Part shown: one piece after another, positions 24,015 through 31,169 of the stretch | Layout: every line of letters starts with the position of its first letter | Position numbering within the stretch: position 1 is the stretch's first letter | Assembly: GCA_015486555.1 (NCBI GenBank) | Contig: WFRL01000058.1 | Location: 1-37,155 of the forward strand | Reading direction: 5' to 3' | Length of the DNA: 37,155 nucleotides | Origin: Candidatus Microgenomates bacterium | GTDB lineage: Bacteria > Patescibacteriota > Microgenomatia > JAADGY01 | Notes under the pieces: generated by a model | What the model was told of the DNA's origin: nothing | Databases searched by the model: none | Seen by the model: the letters and a program-made list of their open reading frames with translations, nothing else | Position numbers and translations under genes: made by a program

Positions 24015-24275
24015 TTAGTTGTCTTCCTCGAACATCCGCTTAAAAGTAGGATCATTTTCCTTGAGGTACTCAATCAACATAGTGGCATGTTCTTTTTCCT
24101 CATCGCGATTGTGTTCTAAAACCTTTTTCAACCTTTCATCCCTAGTAGCTTCTATTCTTTCTTGATAAAGATTGATAGCATCTAGCTCTTCAATTAAAGA
24201 CTGGCGAGCCCGAGTTAAGTTTTTACTTTTTTCCTCCATTTTAGGAGCATCGTTTAAATCTAAAGGTGGCATCAT
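24015..24275 (-). CDS. Encapsulated-ferritin (EncFtn)-like four-helix/ferritin-like protein (about 86 aa from the SD-preceded ATG)
   Basis: IEELDAINLYQERIEA...LEHNRDEEKEHATMLIEYLKENDP closely resembles the EncFtn core with its E...ExxH metal ligands. AAGGAGG lies just upstream of the ATG ATG at 24275/24272. The longer ORF-track N-terminus lacks an RBS. Confidence 0.7.
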   Translation of the reverse strand: MMPPLDLNDAPKMEEKSKNLTRARQSLIEELDAINLYQERIEATRDERLKKVLEHNRDEEKEHATMLIEYLKENDPTFKRMFEEDN

Positions 24276-24362
24276 TTCCTCCTTGGTTAAGTTAGTAATC
24301 TCTGTTTCTATAATAACATCCATAGGATAGAAATAACCAATTATCAAATTCCAAGGAGACAA

Positions 24363-24516
24363 ATAAGAATAAATCCGAAACTCTAAATTCTAAGCTCCAA
24401 ATAAATTCGAAATCCTAAATCCGAAATCCTAAACCTGCCTGCCGGCAGGCAGGTCCTAAATTCAAATGATCCAAATTCAAAACTTTTTCTCCAGGTCATC
24501 CTGAGGAAGCTGGGGG
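24363..24516. repeat. Cluster R5: CCTAAAT/CCGAAAT-type 7-nt array, 22-nt perfect palindrome (24433-24454), truncated arm (24495-24516)
   Basis: ACCTGCCTGCCGGCAGGCAGGT is a perfect palindrome and the inverted counterpart of 13217-13238. GTCATCCTGAGG starts at 24495. Confidence 0.8.
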
Positions 24517-24560
24517 TTAGTTTAATTAGGAGTGTAGAAGGAAGTGTTAAGATAATAAAT

Positions 24561-25118
24561 ATGAAGTTAAGTCGTCAGCAAGCTTGGCAAAAGTTGAACT
24601 CTTTAATTGATAACCCTAACTTAATCAAACACTGTTTAGCGGTTGAGGCAGCTATGGGTCATTATGCTGATTATTTTAAACTGTCTCCAACCGAAAAGGA
24701 AAAATGGCAGATAACCGGCCTTCTCCATGATGCTGATTGGGAAAAATATCCAGATAAACATCCCCAGGTTATTGTCCAGTGGTTAAAGGACCAAGGGGAA
24801 GATGAGGATGTCATCAATGCTATCGCTGCTCATGGCTTTGAGTTTGGAGTTGAGCCCAAGACTTTGATGGCCCGGGTTTTACGGGCAGTTGATGAACTGA
24901 CTGGTTTAATTGTAGCGGTGGCCTTGGTTAAGGGCCACAAACTAGCTAATGTTCAAGTTAAATCAGTCCTCAAAAAGATGAAAGATAAATCCTTTGCCCG
25001 AGGAGTTAATCGGGAGGATATAAAACAGGGAGCGGAGGAGATAGAACTACCCCTGGAAGAGCATATTGGCCACACCCTCTCCGCCCTTCAAAGCATAGCT
25101 GATGAATTGGAGTTATAA
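24561..25118 (+). CDS. HD-domain phosphohydrolase (185 aa)
   Basis: H...HD signature (KHCLAVEAAM ... GLLHDADWEKYPDKH ... AIAAHG). Confidence 0.8.
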   Translation: MKLSRQQAWQKLNSLIDNPNLIKHCLAVEAAMGHYADYFKLSPTEKEKWQITGLLHDADWEKYPDKHPQVIVQWLKDQGEDEDVINAIAAHGFEFGVEPKTLMARVLRAVDELTGLIVAVALVKGHKLANVQVKSVLKKMKDKSFARGVNREDIKQGAEEIELPLEEHIGHTLSALQSIADELEL

Positions 25119-25238
25119 TATCAACCTAATATCAACCTCCGAGGTTGGTTATCTCAGTTAACCTCAGGAAGGTCCCCCTAGGGGGTGGAGTACACTATAT
25201 AATTTGGGTTTGATTTTTCAATTAGGTAGAACTAGAAC

Positions 25239-25267
25239 TTGACTTTCGATAAGTTTCGAAATATGAT
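25239..25267 (+). promoter_or_regulatory. Candidate promoter TTGACT-17-TATGAT with TTTCGA direct repeat / TTTCGAAA palindrome in the spacer
   Basis: TTGACT 25239-25244, TATGAT 25262-25267, ATG at 25277 with no SD. TTTCGA at 25244-25249 and 25254-25259 (10-bp phasing). TTTCGAAA at 25254-25261 is palindromic. Confidence 0.4.
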
Positions 25268-25276
25268 AGTGTTAAT

Positions 25277-25882
25277 ATGAAAAAAATCGAAACAATCTGG
25301 CACCATATTTTATGGTCGGCCTTGATCAAAAAGCAATATCGCCAAACTCAAAAAGGTTTGGCCCAACAGTTCGCTTATTCTCTAAGTACAGTTCACCATG
25401 CCTTAAAAGTGCCGGTGAAGATAGGAGCAATAAGGAAAGACCACTGGGGGTTTGTTCTCACTGATTTTAAAAAACTCCTTTTTTATTGGGCCAGTGTCAG
25501 AGGTCTGGAAGCCAACATGGTTTACCAAACTTATGTTAACCTGCCGGTAAAAGAGTTGGAGGCTGAGCTCCCTGGTGAAGGAATTTACGGCGGCTATAGC
25601 GCCGCTAGATTTTGGTTTCTAGAGTCCCCAGCCGATTATGACAAGGTTTTTTATTACTTTCAGGATGTTGAGCTGCTGAAGCGCCGATTTCCGCCAAATA
25701 CCCGTTATCCTGCCAATCTTTTTATCCTCAAAACCCAAAATCTTGAGAACTATCGGAAAATTTATCACCAAGAATACACTACCTTGCCCCATACTTTTGT
25801 TGATATTTGGAATCTTTCTGATTGGTATGCCCAAGAATTTATTAAGGCCTTACAAGAAAAAATTGATGAATTATTATTCTAA
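25277..25882 (+). CDS. wHTH protein, AbiEi-like putative antitoxin/transcriptional regulator (201 aa)
   Basis: N-terminal HTH-like segment (YRQTQKGLAQQFAYSLSTVHHALKVPVKIGAIRK) plus a C-terminal domain. Overlaps the downstream nucleotidyltransferase gene by 17 nt. Confidence 0.5.
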   Translation: MKKIETIWHHILWSALIKKQYRQTQKGLAQQFAYSLSTVHHALKVPVKIGAIRKDHWGFVLTDFKKLLFYWASVRGLEANMVYQTYVNLPVKELEAELPGEGIYGGYSAARFWFLESPADYDKVFYYFQDVELLKRRFPPNTRYPANLFILKTQNLENYRKIYHQEYTTLPHTFVDIWNLSDWYAQEFIKALQEKIDELLF

Positions 25883-26474
25883 TCTTATCACTGAAAAAAG
25901 CTGGCAGGAGCTAGGAAGCCTTAAGAGGCTAGTTGACTTTGTCTTGATTGGAGGCTGGGCGGTTTATCTTTATACCCAAGCTTTAAAGTCTAAAGATATT
26001 GACATCCTGATTGGCTATGGACAGCTTGAAAAGTTAAAGCAAAGATATGTAGTCTTTAAAAATGGCCGCTTGAAAAAGTATGAGGCAAGAAGAGGAGAAA
26101 TTCAGATTGATGTTTACCTTCCTTATTATTCTCAGATTGGTATTCCAGTAGAAGATCTGATAAGCCACACAGTAGTCCTTTCCGGATTTACTACTTTGGA
26201 AGTTGAATATCTCCTGACTACCAAAGTTTACGTTCTTTCTCGGCGTCAAAACACCCCCAAGGGTAGGAAAGATCTAGCTGATATCCTCGCTTTGTGGCGT
26301 TATGCCAAGGTAGACCCTGCTTTATTTAAAGCGATAATTCGCCAGTATTCTCTTGGGAAAGAATGGTATTCTTGTCAAAAACAAGTTTATGTTCTAAGCG
26401 ACTTTCCAGAATTAAAACTCAATCATTATACCTTTGCCAGGTTTAAGAAATATTTGCAGCAGGTGGTGGATTAA
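25866..26474 (+). CDS. Minimal Pol-beta-fold nucleotidyltransferase, AbiEii-like putative toxin (202 aa from ATG 25866)
   Basis: hGG-x13-DIDI (VLIGGWAVYLYTQALKSKDIDILI), a third acidic strand (IQIDVYL) and a C-terminal GRKDLADILAL motif. The ORF-track TTG start at 25743 lies inside the upstream gene and is unlikely. Confidence 0.55.
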   Translation: MNYYSNLITEKSWQELGSLKRLVDFVLIGGWAVYLYTQALKSKDIDILIGYGQLEKLKQRYVVFKNGRLKKYEARRGEIQIDVYLPYYSQIGIPVEDLISHTVVLSGFTTLEVEYLLTTKVYVLSRRQNTPKGRKDLADILALWRYAKVDPALFKAIIRQYSLGKEWYSCQKQVYVLSDFPELKLNHYTFARFKKYLQQVVD

Positions 26475-26632
26475 AACTTAGAGCTTAAAGCTTGGTCTAC
26501 CAATGGGTGGTGGCGGGCTAGGACATCTAGAGCGAGTGCATTTTTTGGAGGTATGTACTTTTTGTACATAGATTGGAAGAAAGTGTTGACTTTTTTAAAG
26601 TCTCCTTTACTTGAAGATCTAGCCAAGGCTGA
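26475..26632. repeat. Decayed remnant of the element family (three heptamers at 26475-26495; degenerate arm block GAAGATCTAGCCAAGGC at ~26613-26632)
   Basis: aacttag/agcttaa/agcttgg, plus an arm-like GAAGATCTAGCC block. Also a 6-bp hairpin ATGTAC-ttttt-GTACAT at 26553-26569. Confidence 0.4.
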
Positions 26633-26699
26633 TAAGAATACTATATTAAAAAGGAGGCTCATAGTCTCAAATGTGTGTGACCAGGATATATAATAAAAT

Positions 26700-27143
26700 A
26701 TGGGACGAGTAGAACCATTATTTTTTGTTTACAGTGGTTTATTTTTTATAATTCTTGAGCTTATCTTGGGAGTAAATACCGGTTTAGATCTTTTTTTAGC
26801 TGGGGTAGCCTTGCTCCTGGGCGGTGGTGTTTTTGCTTTAACTAATGTTCTTTGGACAGCAATAGCAACAGCATTGTTAATAATTATATTGTATTTCGTT
26901 CTTTTTCGAGCCGCCCTCAGAGTGAAATTTGTTTCCCCAGCTACCACCAAGGTAAACATAGATCGTTTAATAGGAAGAGAAGGGATAGTTATTAAAGAAA
27001 TAAAATCTTCCGAAGCGGGCCAAGTTAAGGTAGATAATGAGATTTGGCGAGCGGTGGCGGAGAAAAATCTTAATAAGGGAGAAAAGGTTATAATTAACTC
27101 AGTTGAAGGAGTAACCTTAAAAGTTTATCAAAAGGAGGATTGA
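26700..27143 (+). CDS. NfeD family membrane protein (147 aa)
   Basis: Three N-terminal TM helices and a C-terminal OB-like domain (GREGIVIKEI..GQVKVDNEIWRAVAE..LNKGEKVIINSVEGVTLKV). Upstream partner of an SPFH gene, as in known NfeD-stomatin operons. Confidence 0.8.
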   Translation: MGRVEPLFFVYSGLFFIILELILGVNTGLDLFLAGVALLLGGGVFALTNVLWTAIATALLIIILYFVLFRAALRVKFVSPATTKVNIDRLIGREGIVIKEIKSSEAGQVKVDNEIWRAVAEKNLNKGEKVIINSVEGVTLKVYQKED

Positions 27144-27982
27144 TGACTTTTTTAATTATTCTTCTGGTTTTATTTTTCCTGACTTTAGCAAAGGGGTTAG
27201 TAGTTATCCGTCCCTATGAGAAGGGGTTAGTAATCCGTTTAGGGCGATATCATTCCACCTTGCCAGCTGGTTTGAACTTTATTGTTCCCTTTATTGACTC
27301 AGTGATTAGGGTTGATATGAGAGAACAGGTAATTAATGTAAGCCCCCAACAGGTGATAACTAAAGATAATGTTAGTGTTTTGGTTGATGCGGTGATTTAC
27401 ACGAAAGTAGTTGATCCAGTCAAAGCGGAATTTGAGGTGGAGAATTTTGAGGTAGCTGCTACTACTCTAGCTCAAACAACCCTTCGGAATCTTATTGGAG
27501 ATAAAACGCTGGATGATACACTAGTAGCTCGAGATACCTTAAATACGGCTTTAAGGGAAACATTAGATGAAGTAACTCATAATTGGGGGGTTAAAGTGAC
27601 CCGAGTTGAGTTAAAACGAATCGACCCCCCTGAAGATATTACAGCAGCGATGAGTAAACAGATGAAGGCTGAGAGAGAAAAGAGAGCCGCCATCCTTGAA
27701 GCTGAAGGAATTAAACAGTCGAATATTCTTACAGCTGAAGGAGAAAAACAGGCGGCTATTCTAAAAGCCGAAGGGGAAGCAGAGGCTCTCAGAAAAGTTT
27801 CCGAGGCTGCTGAGAAGTATTTCCGAGAGAGACCTGAGGTACTCAAAAAATTGGAAGTTCTTCAAACGGTTTTAGCTAAGAATACTAAATTTGTAATTCC
27901 TGCTAATGGGGAAGTGATTAATCTCCTTAATTTGGATGGTGAAAAGAAAACAACTGTTTTGCCGAGAAAGAACAAAGCCTAA
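27143..27982 (+). CDS. SPFH/band-7 (stomatin/prohibitin-like) protein
   Basis: N-terminal TM, then VVIRPYEKGLVIRLGRY..., the SPFH core and a coiled-coil tail of (AE/IL)EAEG repeats. The ATG at 27143 overlaps the NfeD TGA (TGATG) and follows AAAGGAGGA. Confidence 0.9.
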   Translation: MTFLIILLVLFFLTLAKGLVVIRPYEKGLVIRLGRYHSTLPAGLNFIVPFIDSVIRVDMREQVINVSPQQVITKDNVSVLVDAVIYTKVVDPVKAEFEVENFEVAATTLAQTTLRNLIGDKTLDDTLVARDTLNTALRETLDEVTHNWGVKVTRVELKRIDPPEDITAAMSKQMKAEREKRAAILEAEGIKQSNILTAEGEKQAAILKAEGEAEALRKVSEAAEKYFRERPEVLKKLEVLQTVLAKNTKFVIPANGEVINLLNLDGEKKTTVLPRKNKA

Positions 27983-28030
27983 TTAATATTTTATATATAA
28001 TGAGGACGTAGTTAGGTAGAGGTTATTCAA

Positions 28031-29029
28031 ATGATTGATGTTGCAGCTGAAAAGGGAAGATTGAAAAGTGAAGAACTTCAAGGCGAAATGCTGTTGGCAA
28101 GACTTCTCCGCTTATATGATGTTAGCGATGCATTTCTAGAGGAGATGGGATTATCGTTCCTTGAGTTTGAGAAAGGTTTAAGGAGGCGAGCCCTAAACAT
28201 GTGGCTGTCAGGGCACAATAGAGTAGAGGGAACAGTATGGAAAACAGCTTTGGATCCACGGCACATTTGGGATCCCAAAGGGAAACTAGCAGAAATGGTT
28301 TTTGATCAATTGGAACCCTTACCAAGAAGGTCACACGAAAAGGAATCAGAGGAAAAAGAAAGAAGGAAACAAGATTTGCAAAGGTGGTTATCTTGGTGGA
28401 AAAGGTGGCAGTTACAGACAAAACTGAGTCCAGATCAATTAAGGGGCGAACCAAGGATGGTTATTAAAAGGACAGCCCAATGGTTAAAAGATAATCTAGT
28501 GGCTTATACGGCGGGTCATTTGGAAAAACTAGAGCCTGGAGATTTGCAGATGATCCTAGCGTTAGCATCTGTAGTCGACTCTCAAAAGTTATTTGGACTG
28601 CAATATAATGAGGATCGATGGTTGCTCAAGTTAGACCCAGAAGTGAGGAGTATTGATAATGTGAAATCGGGCAGTCGGCAGGGTAAGTGGGTGTACAATA
28701 GGCATTGCGGACAACGAAGGAATGGTGTTATTTGTCTACACGAGTATGATAGTCAACAACGGGGTGGTGTAGGGGATAATTTCATCGAAGTAGCTGGTGA
28801 TCTTATTTCCTTAGTCGAGCGGGCTGAGCAAATAAGTGAAAGGGGAAAAGGAGCAGAAGAAGCAGCGCTTAGCAAAGAAAATGCATCTAAATTACTAACT
28901 CTGACTTTTACGCACTATGAATATAATGTCAGACGTATCTTAACTTTGTCAATTTTAGAGAAAGTCTTAGAAAGAGGAATTGGAAGCCACTTGGAGCTAA
29001 AGGTAGAACCAGCAAAAAGAGAAAGATAA
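28031..29029 (+). CDS. Orphan soluble protein (332 aa), possible N-terminal HTH
   Basis: Own TATAAT (27996-28001) and GAGG SD. Trp/Arg-rich (RWLSWWKRWQLQ). The segment LSFLEFEKGLRRRALNMWLSGHNRVEG is XRE-HTH-like. No family recognised. Confidence 0.6.
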   Translation: MIDVAAEKGRLKSEELQGEMLLARLLRLYDVSDAFLEEMGLSFLEFEKGLRRRALNMWLSGHNRVEGTVWKTALDPRHIWDPKGKLAEMVFDQLEPLPRRSHEKESEEKERRKQDLQRWLSWWKRWQLQTKLSPDQLRGEPRMVIKRTAQWLKDNLVAYTAGHLEKLEPGDLQMILALASVVDSQKLFGLQYNEDRWLLKLDPEVRSIDNVKSGSRQGKWVYNRHCGQRRNGVICLHEYDSQQRGGVGDNFIEVAGDLISLVERAEQISERGKGAEEAALSKENASKLLTLTFTHYEYNVRRILTLSILEKVLERGIGSHLELKVEPAKRER

Positions 29030-29120
29030 CATCGTCTAAGTTCTATTTCCAAATACAACACAGCTGTTAGAAAGTAATTCATCACCAAAATAGAATTAGA
29101 TGATTTTATCTCTTATGCCT

Positions 29121-29275
29121 CCAACCTAGCTTCTAGTTCTAATCCCCATGCGCCTGTCGGCTAGATCCTTCGTCGCCCCAGCTCCTCAGGATGACGAGGA
29201 ATAAATTTTTAATTTGAAATTTTAATTTCTTTCCGAGCCCTGAGCTCTAAGTCCCAAGTTCCGGACTCCAATGAC
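29121..29275. repeat. Cluster R6: half element (core heptamers 29121-29147, arm 29149-29195) plus CYRAGYY heptamer array (29231-29275)
   Basis: TGCGCCTGTCGGCTAGATCCTTCGTCGCCCCAGCTCCTCAGGATGAC, followed by ccgagcc/ctgagct/ctaagtc/ccaagtt/ccggact. Confidence 0.8.
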
Positions 29276-29399
29276 AGTTATATAATAAGGCTGGGTATAG
29301 TTCTTATTTCTGGTTTCCAGTCGGTGCGAAGGCAACTCTATCTAACTGTTGGAGAAGCTTTTAAAATGAGGCCGGCAGTTGGCTGATAGAATATAGATA

Positions 29400-30176
29400 A
29401 TGATAGATAAAGAAAAAATTGAGGTTATTGTCTGGGATGTAGATGGCACCCTTTATAAAAGTGATGCAACTATCCATCATGTTTTTGAAGAGGTGCGTCG
29501 GAAGCTTTTAGAAAAGTACTGGCAACGACCCTATGAAGGAGAGTTAAAAAACTTGTTTTTGGAGTTTAAAGAAAGATATAAAAGTACTACTCAGACTCTG
29601 GCTGTTCTCACGGGGTTAAGTTTAAGTGAGGTGACTGAAAAGGTTGAGAGCCGGTTGAGGAAAGAACGTCACCTATCGACAGATCCTAGACTTGTGAGGA
29701 TGTTCCGACGATTTTCTTATCTTACTCATCTAGCTCTTAGGAATGGTGGTCGAGAAGAAACTTTACACATTCTTGAACAACTAGGCCTCAATGAGGTTAG
29801 AGTTGATGATCATTATCAGCTTGGTCCTTTTCTTAAGGTTTGGGGAAGTATTGATGACTTTTACCTAACTAAGCCTTGCCCTGGAGTTTTTGACCGGGTG
29901 AAATTATGGATCTATAAGAACCTTTTCTATCAACCAGGGGAAAAAGTAACTTCTCAAACTATAGACCAAATTGCTGCCCAGGTTTTAATGGTTGGAGATA
30001 AGCCGGAAGTTGATCTTAAGCCGGCTAAGGAAGTCGGTTTCCAAACCGCTCTAGCTTGGTCTGATCTTCCCTCTTCTAAACTGCCTGATTATGTGGATGT
30101 TGCTTTACCGACAGTTTATGATTTAGAAAGGGTCTTAGATTTACGAGCCCGGCTCGGAAAACCCGGCTCGGTATAA
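29400..30176 (+). CDS. HAD-superfamily hydrolase (258 aa)
   Basis: Motif I VWDVDGTLY near the N-terminus and MVGDKPEVDL (motif IV-like) near the C-terminus. Confidence 0.8.
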   Translation: MIDKEKIEVIVWDVDGTLYKSDATIHHVFEEVRRKLLEKYWQRPYEGELKNLFLEFKERYKSTTQTLAVLTGLSLSEVTEKVESRLRKERHLSTDPRLVRMFRRFSYLTHLALRNGGREETLHILEQLGLNEVRVDDHYQLGPFLKVWGSIDDFYLTKPCPGVFDRVKLWIYKNLFYQPGEKVTSQTIDQIAAQVLMVGDKPEVDLKPAKEVGFQTALAWSDLPSSKLPDYVDVALPTVYDLERVLDLRARLGKPGSV

Positions 30177-30180
30177 GTTG

Positions 30181-30251
30181 AGCGGGATAGGGGAATCGAA
30201 CCCCCATTTTCTGCTTGGGAAGCAGATGTACTGCCACTGTACTAATCCCGC
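30181..30251 (-). tRNA. tRNA-Gly (anticodon CCC), no encoded CCA
   Basis: Manual cloverleaf: acceptor GCGGGAT/ATCCCGC, D-stem GTAC/GTAC with AGTGGCA loop, anticodon stem TCTGC/GCAGA with loop TTCCCAA, T-arm GGGGG-TTCGATT-CCCCT, discriminator U. Followed by CAA. Confidence 0.85.
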
Positions 30252-31132
30252 TTAAGTATATTATAACTGGCATTAAGAAGTTTTTGATAAGCCTCTAGTT
30301 GCCATAATTTCCTAAGGTTATTGAACCCCAGCCCAATAGTAAAGAGAATTTTTTCTAAAAGAGGAATTCTAGGCGAGTGGCTGTAAATTAAACAAAGGAT
30401 TAAAGTAAGAATTGAGATAGCAAATTTAGTTAGGTCGCCAATCTCCATATGAAAGAAATCTTCAATTAGAAGTTCCAAACCGATATTTAGGATAAGGAGA
30501 TAAGCCGCTTCGGCTAAGATAGGCTCTTTTTCGATAAGATGGATAAAGACCCCCGCAGCCAACCTCATTAAAAAGATGCCGATAGCTACCCCAGTAAAAA
30601 CATAAATGAATTTATCAGAGATGGCTACTGCTGCCACTACGTTATCTAAGCTGAAAATGAGGTCAGATAACTCAATGACAATAACCGTTGACCAGAAACC
30701 TTTCTTTGCCTTTTTCTCAAGAGGGATGACCTCTTTTTTCATCTCTTCTTTTACTTCTTTCTCAATGCTTTCTCCTTTTTCAGTTAATTCTCCTAGGTGA
30801 TCAACAGCCAACTTAATAAGGTATAATCCTCCGACTAATCTTAACCAGGGGTTATGAATGATATAGGTGGCTAAAAGAAGCATTAGCCCCCGACCAAGGT
30901 AGGCTCCTAACAAACCCACTCTTAAGGCAGCTTGTTGTTGGTTGCCCAAGAAAATGTTTAGTTCTTCAGCTAGGTATTGTGGCACTATAGCTGGCCAGGG
31001 TGTCTTTTTATGAGAGGGTAAATGAGAGGCTAAGCTTCCTAAAACCATAGCATTGTCAATCGATAGAATTCCTTCAAGGAAGATAAGCTGAAGGATTATT
31101 AAACCACCATCAACTAGCCAGTCCATAGTCAT
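30242..31132 (-). CDS. TerC family integral membrane protein (296 aa)
   Basis: Duplicated DN motifs (LSIDNAMVLG and FSLDNVVAAVA) in a polytopic protein. AAGGAG SD 8 nt upstream. Confidence 0.85.
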   Translation of the reverse strand: MTMDWLVDGGLIILQLIFLEGILSIDNAMVLGSLASHLPSHKKTPWPAIVPQYLAEELNIFLGNQQQAALRVGLLGAYLGRGLMLLLATYIIHNPWLRLVGGLYLIKLAVDHLGELTEKGESIEKEVKEEMKKEVIPLEKKAKKGFWSTVIVIELSDLIFSLDNVVAAVAISDKFIYVFTGVAIGIFLMRLAAGVFIHLIEKEPILAEAAYLLILNIGLELLIEDFFHMEIGDLTKFAISILTLILCLIYSHSPRIPLLEKILFTIGLGFNNLRKLWQLEAYQKLLNASYNILKRD

Positions 31133-31169
31133 TATTTTAACTCCTTGTTCAATCTGCGATAATAAATGT

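Noticed and set aside
24276-24362. Longer N-terminus (MSPWNLIIGYFYP...) of the EncFtn-like ORF
   Set aside because: A perfect AAGGAGG sits immediately upstream of the internal ATG ATG (24275/24272). The extension has no RBS and no resemblance to the family.
24015-25118. Encapsulin nanocompartment operon
   Set aside because: No HK97-fold shell-sized ORF (about 260-300+ aa) flanks the EncFtn-like gene. Its neighbours are an HPF-like gene and an HD hydrolase. Only the cargo-like gene is reported.
25743-25865. Upstream TTG start of the nucleotidyltransferase ORF (243-aa version)
   Set aside because: It would overlap the wHTH gene by 140 nt and add a hydrophobic junk N-terminus. ATG 25866 gives a protein starting just before the conserved NTase core, with a typical short TA-style overlap.
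26471-26662. 63-aa minus-strand ORF between the nucleotidyltransferase and NfeD genes
   Set aside because: It has no RBS or promoter-like context and a low-complexity peptide. It runs through a decayed repeat remnant and a hairpin. Most likely non-coding.
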